A DNA stretch of 64,000 bases from positions 216-64,215 of IMG/VR virus record IMGVR_UViG_3300046804_003859; one strand, given 5' to 3'. The stretch is from a virus. Its lineage: Duplodnaviria; Caudoviricetes. The position numbers were made by a program, and so were the translations under genes. This document shows, one piece after another, positions 1 to 9,751 of the stretch (position 1 is the first letter of the stretch; every line of letters begins with the position of its first letter). The notes below the pieces were generated by a model. The model had not been told where the DNA came from and searched no databases. It saw only the letters and a list, made by a program, of their open reading frames with translations.

Positions 1-266
1 CACATGGTCATATGGAATACTTGATCGAAGGTGGTGCTGGTGAACCTGGTACTAATATGCCTGCAAAAACTGCTCGTCAAATGCTTGAAGCAGCTATTAG
101 TGGGGAGACTCATGAGTATTCAGACATGTATCCAGGTATGGCTAAAACTGCTCGCGACGAAGGTTTTGATGAAGTAGCTGATTGGTTTGAAACTCTAGCT
201 AAAGCAGAACGTAGTCACGCTAATCGTTACCAGAAAGCTCTAGACAAACATCTGTCAGAAGCCTAA
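1..266 (+). CDS. rbr: rubrerythrin (5'-truncated by window edge)
   Basis: [35 protein letters not shown] di-iron motifs; frame is open upstream of 12 (HGHMEYL). Confidence 0.9.
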   Translation, partial: HGHMEYLIEGGAGEPGTNMPAKTARQMLEAAISGETHEYSDMYPGMAKTARDEGFDEVADWFETLAKAERSHANRYQKALDKHLSEA

Positions 267-284
267 ATTATGGTAAAATAATTC

Positions 285-308
285 AAGCGCCCTAGTGGCG
301 CTTTTTTT
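285..308 (+). terminator. rho-independent terminator
   Basis: AAGCGCC-ctagt-GGCGCTT followed by T-run, after rubrerythrin. Confidence 0.75.
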
Positions 309-340
309 ATTTGTGATATATAATACGGTGAGGAGGTGCT

Positions 341-1024
341 ATGAAAATTGAATTTGTTTCTCTACATTGGGATAATGTAGATCAAGATATGTTAGATGCT
401 CATAAGAGAGTTATGAAGCATTTTGATATACCAGTAAATTATTTTAATTTAAATGTTAATCATGGTCATTGGATGTCCGAGGTTCATAAGCAATCTCAAT
501 CTGATATCGTAGTAACTATTGAACCGGATTGCATTCCCCTAAGCAAAGAAAAAGTATTTGACGTAATACGTTATGCCAAGCGTATGAATACGTTTGTAGG
601 TATTGCTCAAGTGTCTAATCATATTAGACCTAAGACGCATATTTACGCAGCGCCTGGCTTTTATGTAATGCCTACTCGTTTATATAATACGTTAAAGCAA
701 CCTTCATTCTCTGAAACTCATCGCTCAGATACTGCAGAAGAGATTAGTTATAAAGCAGAAGAGAACGGTATTCGTTACCGTGCTTTAAGGCCTACTTACT
801 TTGAGGGTGAGCCTTCTGAGGGTGCCTGGCCTTTAGGTTGTTTAGGTTATTATGGTATTGGAACAGTATTTGAAGATACGGTTTATCATCTTTATCAATC
901 ACGTATGGCTCAAAATATTGAATTGTTTATTAAACGTTGTGATGAAGTTATTAACGGGACATTTTCAACCGAAGGATTTATTTCATCGTCTACATTTAAT
1001 TATAAAGGTAAAGTAGTTCTGTGA
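341..1024 (+). CDS. putative GT-A fold glycosyltransferase-like protein
   Basis: IVVTIEPDCIPL (DxD-like), strong RBS GAGGAGG, glyco-cluster context. Confidence 0.5.
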   Translation: MKIEFVSLHWDNVDQDMLDAHKRVMKHFDIPVNYFNLNVNHGHWMSEVHKQSQSDIVVTIEPDCIPLSKEKVFDVIRYAKRMNTFVGIAQVSNHIRPKTHIYAAPGFYVMPTRLYNTLKQPSFSETHRSDTAEEISYKAEENGIRYRALRPTYFEGEPSEGAWPLGCLGYYGIGTVFEDTVYHLYQSRMAQNIELFIKRCDEVINGTFSTEGFISSSTFNYKGKVVL

Positions 1025-1971
1025 AAATAATATTCCATACCAACACTATTAACTACAGAGGCACTTCTGTAGCTGTTGCCGATTACGCAAAATACAATCA
1101 AGAGATCTTAGGTAATGAAAGTATTATTACCTATTGTAAGACTTATGGTGAGGAAAGAGATTTTGGTAATGATAACAAAGCTATTGATGCCTTATCTAAA
1201 AAGTTTAAAGTGTTTGGTTATAGAGCAGGTAACTTAGAAAAAGTTATTGATAATGAGAAGGCTGATCTAGCTTATTTTTTAAACTCAGGTCAACGCGAAG
1301 AACTTCCAACTAATGTTAAGACGGCTGTTCATGCTGTCTTTCAGTTTAACGAACCTCATGGTGACAAGTATGCATACATCTCTGAATGGTTATCTAATAC
1401 TATGTCAGGGGGTAGTATACCATATGTACCCCATATAGTAAACTTACCTCAACCTAACGGTGACTTTAAAAAATTTCTTGGCATACGTGACGATCAAATT
1501 GTAGTAGGCCGTATAGGTGGTTACTATACTTTTGATCTTAAATTTGTTAAAGAATGCATTGTTAATATCTTAAAGAAGACTGATAAATATGTCTTTCTAT
1601 TCGTAGGTACTTCACCGTTCTATGCTCATCCTAATGTAATTTACTTAAATGAGTTTAGTGATCTGCAGAAGAAAGCAAACTTTATTAATACTTGTGATGT
1701 AATGCTTCATGCAAGACAAAGAGGTGAAAGCTTCGGTTTAGCAATCGCAGAATTTTTATCTCTTAACAAACCGGTCATGGCTTGGAATAATGGTCATGAT
1801 CTTAACCATTTAGAGATGTTAAAAGATAGCGGACTGCTATACAATAATGCTAACGATATTACTTCTATCCTTGATAATCTTCATAGTTATAGCGAAGATT
1901 GGACCCGGCGAGTAGCTGACTATAAACCTGAGGTTGTAATGAAAAAATTTGATGAGGTTTTTCTATGCTAG
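1021..1971 (+). CDS. glycosyltransferase family 4 (GT-B)
   Basis: RGTSVAVADYA N-terminus; CDVMLHARQRGESFGLAIAEF..NKPV motif. Confidence 0.85.
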   Translation: MKIIFHTNTINYRGTSVAVADYAKYNQEILGNESIITYCKTYGEERDFGNDNKAIDALSKKFKVFGYRAGNLEKVIDNEKADLAYFLNSGQREELPTNVKTAVHAVFQFNEPHGDKYAYISEWLSNTMSGGSIPYVPHIVNLPQPNGDFKKFLGIRDDQIVVGRIGGYYTFDLKFVKECIVNILKKTDKYVFLFVGTSPFYAHPNVIYLNEFSDLQKKANFINTCDVMLHARQRGESFGLAIAEFLSLNKPVMAWNNGHDLNHLEMLKDSGLLYNNANDITSILDNLHSYSEDWTRRVADYKPEVVMKKFDEVFLC

Positions 1972-2423
1972 TGTTTAAACGTGTAACTACTCCTGCTGAA
2001 GCTGAAATTCTTCGTACTATTCGTAATGATTGTAAAGATTTCATGACGCGTAGTACAGATTATATTACCCCTGAACAGCAAGCCGAATGGTTTAAGACCG
2101 CTTTTAAAAAATACGAGTTATATATTGCTTACTATATTGAGCATGGTGTTATAGCAGTTAATGCTGGCTTTGGTGTTATTCATTTAGAAGAGGATCAATA
2201 CTTACTCACCGGCGGTCTAACTCCAGACTATAGAGATAAAGGTTTAGGTACCCCGTTATTTAAATTTTTGATTGATAATTGTAATAAACAATTACCTATC
2301 AGGCTTGAAGTACTTAAAACGAACACGCGCGCATTTAAAACATATGAAAAGTTAGGATTTGTAATCACTGGTGAAAATGAAAAGTTATTCACTATGGAAT
2401 ACAAATATGACTCTGTTATCTAA
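1965..2423 (+). CDS. GNAT N-acetyltransferase (PseH-like)
   Basis: YRDKGLGT AcCoA motif; LEVLKTNTRAFKTYEKLGF. Confidence 0.85.
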   Translation: MLVFKRVTTPAEAEILRTIRNDCKDFMTRSTDYITPEQQAEWFKTAFKKYELYIAYYIEHGVIAVNAGFGVIHLEEDQYLLTGGLTPDYRDKGLGTPLFKFLIDNCNKQLPIRLEVLKTNTRAFKTYEKLGFVITGENEKLFTMEYKYDSVI

Positions 2424-2436
2424 CTGGAACACAAAC

Positions 2437-3111
2437 ATGTCACAACTATCAAATCTTAATTCATTCTTACGTCAATGTAGAATGAATGATCTAGAAATAA
2501 AACACGTATATGATATTGGTGCTTGTGCAGGGCATTGGACACATGCTATGAAAAATGGTCCTTTGTTTGATTCTACTTTTTATATGTTTGAAGGTAACCC
2601 TATTTACAAAGACGTCTTATCTACCTATAACGAATTTAACTACATAGGTATACTTAGTTCACCGGGGATTGATGAAGTAGAATTTTATAATGGTAATGAT
2701 ACGGGTGATAGCTACTATAAAGAAACTACAGCACATTATGAAAATAGAACACCTGTAAAGCTACCAGCTAGAACATTACAATCAGTCGTAGATGAATATT
2801 CGTTACCACAACCAGATTTCATAAAAATTGATACTCAGGGATCTGAGTTAGATGTATTTTCTGGTGCAAAAAATTTAGTAAAAAATTCTAAATTAATTTA
2901 TATGGAATGCCCCATAATTGAGTATAATAAAGGAGCTCCAAAGATTACTCAGTATCTAGAGTTTATGAAGAGCTGTAGATTTATTCCGCATGATATATTT
3001 GAAGTACATAGAGCCGAAGGTGTACTACTACAAATAGACATTATGTTCGTTCAAGAAAAGACTCACAAAGATATATTCGGTGATATTCCTCATATAAGGC
3101 CATTTGCATGA
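2437..3111 (+). CDS. FkbM family methyltransferase
   Basis: VYDIGACAG, DFIKIDTQGSELDVFSGA; start set at ATG 2437. Confidence 0.85.
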   Translation: MSQLSNLNSFLRQCRMNDLEIKHVYDIGACAGHWTHAMKNGPLFDSTFYMFEGNPIYKDVLSTYNEFNYIGILSSPGIDEVEFYNGNDTGDSYYKETTAHYENRTPVKLPARTLQSVVDEYSLPQPDFIKIDTQGSELDVFSGAKNLVKNSKLIYMECPIIEYNKGAPKITQYLEFMKSCRFIPHDIFEVHRAEGVLLQIDIMFVQEKTHKDIFGDIPHIRPFA

Positions 3112-4184
3112 TACCCTTATTTAAAGTAAATATGAATCCTGCAGCACATACTCGTGTTGCAGATGTTCTATCTTCTGGATTTATAGGTCAAGGTCCTAAG
3201 GTAGAAGAGTTCGAAGATATGCTACACAGAGAACTTAAATCTAAAACTAGACCTGTAACTGTTAATTCCTGTACCTCTGCTATCGATCTTGCTTTAGAGT
3301 TATGTAAAGTAGGTCCAGGGGATGAAGTTATTGCATCACCTCAGACCTGTTTTGCGTCTAATATAGGGGCCTATCATAGGCATGCTAGGATACGATGGGC
3401 AGATATTGACCCTATTACCGGGTTAATTGATCCTGAGTCAGTTAAAAACCTTATCACAGAAAAAACAAAAGCTATCATAGCAGTCAATTGGGCTGGTAAG
3501 TTTTGTGATTATCTAAAACTTAGTCAGTTTGGTATTCCTGTAATTGAAGACGCTGCTCACACCTGGGACGTATTTTTAGATAGTAGTGTACCTAGAGGTG
3601 ATTACATTTGTTACAGCTTTCAAGCTATTAAGTTTTTAACTACAGGGGATGGTGGTATACTAGTATGTCCTCCTAATAAAGAAGCAGATGCTAGGATACT
3701 TCGTTGGTATGGTTTAGATAGAACAAAAAACGAATCATTTCGTTGTACGCAAAACATTACACAGGTTGGATTTAAGTACCATATGAATGATATTAATGCA
3801 TCCATTGGTATTTCTAACTTATCTTCTGCAAAGACATCCGTAAATATTAGTAGGATTAATTCTAAGTACTATATCGAAAATGTAAAGAATGATTTATTGA
3901 TACTACCGGATTGGGACATTACTCATTCTTATTGGTTGTTTAGCATGCATGTTAAACCTGGATTAAAAGATCATTTTACAGCTTATCTTAACGAAAGAGG
4001 TATCGCTTCTAGCCCTGTTCATTTTAGAAACGATATGTATGATAGTACTATTCAGTTTTCTGAAGGTCCATTACCTGGTGTAGATTCCTTTACGCAAACA
4101 CAGATTTGTATTCCTAATGGCTGGTGGTTAGGGGTAAAGCAATTAAGTGAAGTTACTAAGGCATTGAATGAATACCAAGGTTAA
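3108..4184 (+). CDS. DegT/DnrJ/EryC1/StrS sugar aminotransferase
   Basis: MIPLFKV, NSCTSAIDLAL, IEDAAH, SFQAIKFLTTGDGG PLP lysine motif. Confidence 0.93.
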   Translation: MIPLFKVNMNPAAHTRVADVLSSGFIGQGPKVEEFEDMLHRELKSKTRPVTVNSCTSAIDLALELCKVGPGDEVIASPQTCFASNIGAYHRHARIRWADIDPITGLIDPESVKNLITEKTKAIIAVNWAGKFCDYLKLSQFGIPVIEDAAHTWDVFLDSSVPRGDYICYSFQAIKFLTTGDGGILVCPPNKEADARILRWYGLDRTKNESFRCTQNITQVGFKYHMNDINASIGISNLSSAKTSVNISRINSKYYIENVKNDLLILPDWDITHSYWLFSMHVKPGLKDHFTAYLNERGIASSPVHFRNDMYDSTIQFSEGPLPGVDSFTQTQICIPNGWWLGVKQLSEVTKALNEYQG

Positions 4185-4908
4185 TTATGTAGTTGCTTTT
4201 TACATTGGTGATAACAGAACATTTCCTTATTACCAAGAAGCGTTTAAACAAGACCAGTTATGTTTTATTCGCAAGCATATTGAGTTTAGCGATTATGCTG
4301 AAAATATTAATCGTTTTAGTTTTGTAATTAATGATGATATTAGCGAGGAACTAAAAAAAGAAATTATACAGCTAGCACGCGGCAAAAATATAGAGTTATT
4401 GTTTAGAGTTAATAACGGATATAGTTATGGTGCATGGAATGATGTAGTTAAAAGAAATCTAAATGAATTCGATTACTTCTTTTTAATTGAAGACGACTAC
4501 CTTCCTAACTTTACTAACTTCTCACTTCCTTTTATTCAACGCTTTAAAGAAGATACTGCTTACGTGTGTAGTCTTATGGTTGAAATTAGTAATGAAATAA
4601 ATGAAATGGTTCCTAAAGATTTAGGTAAGTTTAAACATCCTTCTATATCAAATGGAATGTTATCGGCTACAGCTGCAAGAAAAGTTTTAGAAAAATATAA
4701 TGTTATCTTTAGACTACAAAATGGTAACACAAAAGAAATAGGCTATTGGAATCAAACTTACTATCTTAAAAATTTTACCGATATGGGATATGAGATAGCA
4801 GATACACTAGATGAATTTTGCTCACCTTATCTTAATACTTTGACCGGTGAAGTAAAAATATTCGGTAATTCTGAACACCCTCCTTTATTATTTCCTATAA
4901 GAGTATAA
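4168..4908 (+). CDS. putative glycosyltransferase (GT-A like)
   Basis: NNGYSYGAWN and DYFFLIEDDY motifs. Confidence 0.6.
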   Translation: MNTKVNYVVAFYIGDNRTFPYYQEAFKQDQLCFIRKHIEFSDYAENINRFSFVINDDISEELKKEIIQLARGKNIELLFRVNNGYSYGAWNDVVKRNLNEFDYFFLIEDDYLPNFTNFSLPFIQRFKEDTAYVCSLMVEISNEINEMVPKDLGKFKHPSISNGMLSATAARKVLEKYNVIFRLQNGNTKEIGYWNQTYYLKNFTDMGYEIADTLDEFCSPYLNTLTGEVKIFGNSEHPPLLFPIRV

Positions 4909-5630
4909 TGTCAAAAATATCTATTGTAACTCCCGTCTATACTATGAAGGACGGACTTAGTGAAAAGTTCTTAGTCGAATATTTTGCTAACCTAATGGGA
5001 CAGACTTATACTAACTTTGAAGTTATTATTTCTGATCAAAGCGAAGGTGATAACCTTTACGATATAGTAGATACATTCTCTAATGTATTAGATATTGTTT
5101 ACATAAAAAATAAAAGCGGTATAAAGAATGCTGCTAATAACGTTAACCATGGTTTAAAATATGCTTCAGGCGATATAGTTAAACTTCTATACATGGATGA
5201 CTTTTTTGTAGATGCTAATGCATTGTTTAAAATTAAAACCGGGTTTGAAATAAAAGAAGGTAAGTGGTTAATATCTGGCTTTATTTGTTGTGATGAGAAA
5301 AAGACTAAGTTTTATAATCAACGTGAACCTTGGTACGGCAACAAGTATGTAAATGGGGATAACGTTACAGGTAATCCATCTAACTATGCAGTAAGAAGAG
5401 ATTGTGCATTAGAGATGGATGAAAATCTTTTATGGATAGTAGACGGTGAATATTTTTATCGCTCTTACTATCATTACGGTGATCCAATCATGATTAAGGA
5501 TACTTTAGTTTGTTTTAGAGATCATGGTGACTCGGCTTTCAAGCGAGAAGATCTACGAGAACTAGATGCAAAAGAGAGACAGTACTGCGTTGACAAATTT
5601 AGTAGAGATGTTGAGCTAAAGCTAGTATAA
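4908..5630 (+). CDS. glycosyltransferase family 2
   Basis: KISIVTPVY, QTYTNFEVIISDQS, ASGDIVKLLYMDD. Confidence 0.9.
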   Translation: MSKISIVTPVYTMKDGLSEKFLVEYFANLMGQTYTNFEVIISDQSEGDNLYDIVDTFSNVLDIVYIKNKSGIKNAANNVNHGLKYASGDIVKLLYMDDFFVDANALFKIKTGFEIKEGKWLISGFICCDEKKTKFYNQREPWYGNKYVNGDNVTGNPSNYAVRRDCALEMDENLLWIVDGEYFYRSYYHYGDPIMIKDTLVCFRDHGDSAFKREDLRELDAKERQYCVDKFSRDVELKLV

Positions 5631-5653
5631 TATTATTTTAGTGTGAGGTTATT

Positions 5654-6325
5654 ATGAAATTTAGTGGAGAAACACTTTCGTTGTTGAAGAACTTTGCCTC
5701 TATCAACATGAATATGGTCTTTACCCCAGGTGATACGGTAAAGACATTATCTAACGCTAATAGCATTTTTGCTAAAGCGACTATCAAAGAAGAAATACCT
5801 AACGAGTTTTATATTTACGATCTTAACTCTCTTCTAGCTATGCTTACGTTAGTAGAGAATCAAGAAGTAGAGTTTGGAGACAAGAGTTTAATTATCTCAA
5901 GCGAAAAAGGTAAGTTCGAATATTTCTATTCAAGCGCTGATATTGTAAAAGCACCACCTGCAGGGGAAATTGAACATACCCCAGTATATTCATTTACTCT
6001 TACTGCAGATGACGTACAGATGATTATGAAGGCTGCAGCTATTACTGGTGCACCTACTATTTCAGTTACTAATAAAAATCAGAACGTAATGTTATCGATA
6101 GGTGATAGAAAGAACCTGTCGTCTAGTAACTTTAAGAAAGATTTAGGCACCGCCTTTAACGATTTCGATGTATTCATTGCAGTAGAAAATCTTAAAGTTA
6201 TTCCTGATGCGTATGAAGTAACTGTGGCTAAAACACCTAACGGTAAAGCTAAGTTTCTCCACTTTAAACATATGACTAGAGCTCTCCAATACTGGATTGC
6301 TTGTGAGCCTGGATCTGTAGTATGA
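5654..6325 (+). CDS. 45: DNA polymerase sliding clamp gp45
   Basis: MKFSGETLSLLKNFASIN..., FYIYDLNSLL, LQYWIACE typical of T4 gp45. Confidence 0.93.
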   Translation: MKFSGETLSLLKNFASINMNMVFTPGDTVKTLSNANSIFAKATIKEEIPNEFYIYDLNSLLAMLTLVENQEVEFGDKSLIISSEKGKFEYFYSSADIVKAPPAGEIEHTPVYSFTLTADDVQMIMKAAAITGAPTISVTNKNQNVMLSIGDRKNLSSSNFKKDLGTAFNDFDVFIAVENLKVIPDAYEVTVAKTPNGKAKFLHFKHMTRALQYWIACEPGSVV

Positions 6326-6933
6326 AGTATCGGTATAGAGAGTATGTTGGTGGTAATGATGAAATTAAGAACAATATTGCCTACATTATAAACAAATTTG
6401 GACTACCATCAACTACTATTGAAATAGGTACATATTACGGAATGACCTCAGTATGGATGGCTGAGCTTATTGCTCCGCATAATCCAGACTACCATCACTA
6501 CACAATCGACCCTCATTCTACTAGTGTAGAGATGGGTGATGATTTCGATGAAGTGCATAGAAGTTTTCTACACAATAAAAGCGTATGTGAATATGGAAAT
6601 CATATTACGCATCTGCATAAGAATTCATTTGATGCTCTTATAGAGCTGAGAAATCAAGGTGTTAAACCTCAGTTTATTTTTATTGATGGTGACCATACTG
6701 CTAGCACAGTTTTGAGTGATCTAGTTTTAAGTTTTGAAATGCTTCCTTCAGGTGGTGTAATTTTATGCGACGATGTAGTGCATTGGTATTATGAGGATAA
6801 GCATGGTAATAGAGATCCACAGATGTGCCCTAGAATGGCTATGGAGTCATTCGTAATGTGTCACTGGTCTAAAATTAGACCGTTAGTGCTGCCATCTCCG
6901 TTTGTTACACAAGCAGCTTTTATTAAATTATGA
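6322..6933 (+). CDS. class I SAM-dependent methyltransferase (Methyltransf_24-like)
   Basis: IEIGTYYGMTS, FIFIDGDH, GGVILCDD. Confidence 0.85.
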   Translation: MKYRYREYVGGNDEIKNNIAYIINKFGLPSTTIEIGTYYGMTSVWMAELIAPHNPDYHHYTIDPHSTSVEMGDDFDEVHRSFLHNKSVCEYGNHITHLHKNSFDALIELRNQGVKPQFIFIDGDHTASTVLSDLVLSFEMLPSGGVILCDDVVHWYYEDKHGNRDPQMCPRMAMESFVMCHWSKIRPLVLPSPFVTQAAFIKL

Positions 6934-6948
6934 TTGTAGGTTTATATT

Positions 6949-7881
6949 ATGAACGAGCAGTTTTTGTGGGTAGAGGCGTATAGACCTCGATCGGTAGATG
7001 AATGTATTCTTCCTAAGGATATAAAGAAGTTTTTTAAAGATGTTGTTAGCAAAGGCGAAATACAAAATATGCTCCTTTGCGGTACAGCAGGTACAGGTAA
7101 GACTACTGTAGCTCGCGCCCTTTGTGAAGAACTAAATTCCGATTATATTATCATTAACGGTTCTGAAGAGTCAGGTATTGATGTACTTAGAACTAAGATC
7201 AAACAATTTGCTTCAACTATTTCGTTTACAGGTAATACTAAAGTAGTTATCTTAGATGAAGCAGACTATCTTAATCCAAACTCTACTCAACCTGCATTAC
7301 GTGGGTTCATAGAAGAGTTTGCGAATAACTGTAGGTTTATTTTTACCTGTAACTTTAAAAATAGAATTATACCACCGCTACATAGTCGGTGCGCTGTAAT
7401 TGAGTTTAAAATTCCTAAAGGTGAAAAGCCTAAACTGGCTGCGGAGTTCTTTAAACGTATCACTGCTATACTAGCTGATAAAGAAGTAACCGCAGATAGT
7501 AAAGTAGTAGCCAAAGTCATAGAAAAATACTTTCCCGACTTTCGTAGAACACTGAACGAGTTACAACGTTATTCACAATCAGGTACTATAGATGAAGGTA
7601 TTCTCTCCTTTGTAGGGGATACTAATATGAAAGACCTGATTGAAGCCATGCAAGAAAAAGACTGGAAGAAAATGCGCGCATGGGTTATTAATAATTTAGA
7701 CAATGATCCTGTATCTTTGTTTAGAAAGATCTACGATACATTCGTTCCATTAACTCAACAAGTACCTCAGTTAGTTTTAACTATTGCTGACTATCAATAT
7801 AAAGCAGCGTTTGTGGCTGATCAAGAAATTAATTTAGTAGCATGCTTAACTGAGATTATGGCATCGACGGAAATGAAATGA
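6949..7881 (+). CDS. 44: clamp loader large subunit gp44
   Basis: LWVEAYRP, GTAGTGKTT, ILDEADYL, SRC motif. Confidence 0.95.
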   Translation: MNEQFLWVEAYRPRSVDECILPKDIKKFFKDVVSKGEIQNMLLCGTAGTGKTTVARALCEELNSDYIIINGSEESGIDVLRTKIKQFASTISFTGNTKVVILDEADYLNPNSTQPALRGFIEEFANNCRFIFTCNFKNRIIPPLHSRCAVIEFKIPKGEKPKLAAEFFKRITAILADKEVTADSKVVAKVIEKYFPDFRRTLNELQRYSQSGTIDEGILSFVGDTNMKDLIEAMQEKDWKKMRAWVINNLDNDPVSLFRKIYDTFVPLTQQVPQLVLTIADYQYKAAFVADQEINLVACLTEIMASTEMK

Positions 7882-8321
7882 AGTTAGAGGATATTTTTGG
7901 TACTAGTGAAGTAGTACAGGAAGAGGCAGAATATAAAATGCCTTCTATCTCTCCGTTTGATTTTATAAATTCTATAAATTATACTAAAGAAGATATCATT
8001 GTAGACGACTGGTCTGAAAGACAGTACAATTCGTATGTTATTAATCGTGGCTTATCTTTTGGTCCAGATACGATAATCCAAGCTAATGAGATGAATTCTC
8101 GGCCTCATTTAGACAAAAAACTGCAGTATCAATTTCTTATAAATATTATTAGACCACGTAAGCGATACAATAAGTGGTTAAAAGCCGATAAGATTGAATC
8201 GATAGAAGTTATAAAGACCTATTATGGATATAGCACAGATAAGGCTCGCCAAGCACTCTCTATCCTCAATCCGGAGCAAATTGATAAACTAAAACAAAAA
8301 CTAAAAAAAGGTGGTTTATGA
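7878..8321 (+). CDS. 62: clamp loader small subunit gp62
   Basis: PFDFINSIN, ANEMN, RPRKRYNKW, YYGYSTDKA; synteny 45-44-62-regA. Confidence 0.92.
   Translation: MKLEDIFGTSEVVQEEAEYKMPSISPFDFINSINYTKEDIIVDDWSERQYNSYVINRGLSFGPDTIIQANEMNSRPHLDKKLQYQFLINIIRPRKRYNKWLKADKIESIEVIKTYYGYSTDKARQALSILNPEQIDKLKQKLKKGGL
8138..8145 (+). promoter_or_regulatory. T4-type late promoter TATAAATA (upstream of regA)
   Basis: exact consensus inside gp62. Confidence 0.4.
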
Positions 8322-8743
8322 TGTCTAATGAGTTTTTTAGGATTGATTATCCCGGATACATGCCTCTTGAAGTAACCTTGGTGCAGCCTGACGATTTTTT
8401 AAAAGTAAGAGAAACATTAACCAGAATTGGTGTAGCGTCTAGAAAAGATAAAATTCTTTATCAGTCGTGTCATATTTTACATAAACAAGGTCGTTATTAC
8501 ATTGTACATTTTAAAGAGCTTTTTGCATTAGATGGGAAACAAGCTGATATTACGGATAACGATATTGAAAGAAGAAATACTATTGCTAAGTTGCTTTCTG
8601 ATTGGGGTTTAATTAAAATACTAAATATTAAAGCAATCGAAGATCAAGCTCCATTATCGCAAATTAAAGTCATCGCTTTTAAAGACAAGGATGACTGGGA
8701 TTTGCAAGCTAAGTACAATATCGGAAAGAAACGCGGAGAATAA
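8318..8743 (+). CDS. regA: translational repressor RegA
   Basis: DDFLKVRETLTRIGVASRK..LYQSCHILHKQGRYYIVHFKELFALDG. Confidence 0.96.
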   Translation: MMSNEFFRIDYPGYMPLEVTLVQPDDFLKVRETLTRIGVASRKDKILYQSCHILHKQGRYYIVHFKELFALDGKQADITDNDIERRNTIAKLLSDWGLIKILNIKAIEDQAPLSQIKVIAFKDKDDWDLQAKYNIGKKRGE

Positions 8744-8840
8744 TACTCGCTAGCCGCGGGTAACTTCCTGGATATGAAGTTAAACTATCCCCTTACGCCA
8801 ATAGGGTAAGGTAATTTAAACTCGCTTAAAAGGAGAAACT

Positions 8841-9059
8841 ATGTTGTATTTCGCCAACATGGCTATTGATGCCATTCAATCAGGTAAGACTACCTGGGTC
8901 AACGCTTTCGTTAAAGAAGACAGTGTTCGTCAACCTCTTCAAAAGTTTATTGACGCTCAAACAACTTTCACCAAGCAGATTGCTGCTACATGGTATGATG
9001 TTTCGGGTTCTGCTACTAAAGCAATTGTCGATAAAGTTTTTGCAAAGGAGGTAAAATAA
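8841..9059 (+). CDS. small helical hypothetical protein (phasin-like appearance)
   Basis: RBS AAGGAG, amphipathic helices, coupled to hsp20 by TAATG. Confidence 0.6.
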   Translation: MLYFANMAIDAIQSGKTTWVNAFVKEDSVRQPLQKFIDAQTTFTKQIAATWYDVSGSATKAIVDKVFAKEVK

Positions 9060-9541
9060 TGACCTGGTTACTACCCACACTACCTAAAGACTTTGATAAG
9101 TTCTTTGTAGGTTTTGACGATCAGTTTAATCGTATCGCAAAACTTCATGACGATATTACTAAAAACATTCCAAACTATCCTCCGTACAATATTAAAAAAA
9201 CGGGTGACAATAATTATGTAATCGAACTCGCAGTGGCTGGTTTTGCAAAGCAAGATATTGAAATTGAGTTTGCGGATGATAAACTTATCGTAAAAGGTAC
9301 TACTAAAGAAGATAGCAGCGACTATCTCTTTAAAGGTATTGCCGGTCGTAACTTCACACGTACCTTTGCACTTAATGATCAAATTGAAATCAAAGGTGCT
9401 GAGATGTTTAATGGCATGCTTCAAATTGCTTTAGAAAAAATTATTCCAGAGCATAAGAAGCCTAAGAAGATTGAAGTAAAAGATTCAGATGATGTTTCTT
9501 TTACTAAATCTGAAAAACAACTTCTTACTGAAGAGAAGTAA
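9059..9541 (+). CDS. ibpA: small heat shock protein Hsp20/IbpA
   Basis: NYPPYNI, ELAVAGF, KGIAGRNFTRTF, NGML. Confidence 0.93.
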   Translation: MTWLLPTLPKDFDKFFVGFDDQFNRIAKLHDDITKNIPNYPPYNIKKTGDNNYVIELAVAGFAKQDIEIEFADDKLIVKGTTKEDSSDYLFKGIAGRNFTRTFALNDQIEIKGAEMFNGMLQIALEKIIPEHKKPKKIEVKDSDDVSFTKSEKQLLTEEK

Positions 9542-9544
9542 AAA

Positions 9545-9751
9545 GTGATACCTCGATTCTGCTCTATCGAGGTCGTCTACTTAGGGGACTGGCTTGTAAA
9601 GGCCAGTTCCTTTGACGATCAAATATTGATTTTTTGCTTTAATGAGCGTACAATAGAACATCATACAAAAATGTTTTATGATGAAGAAAAAGCACATTCT
9701 TATATTGAAGGATTAGTTAATGATTCAAGTACTAAAATTAGTATCCGGTGA
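9545..9751 (+). CDS. hypothetical protein
   Basis: ORF in operon packing. Confidence 0.55.
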   Translation: MIPRFCSIEVVYLGDWLVKASSFDDQILIFCFNERTIEHHTKMFYDEEKAHSYIEGLVNDSSTKISIR

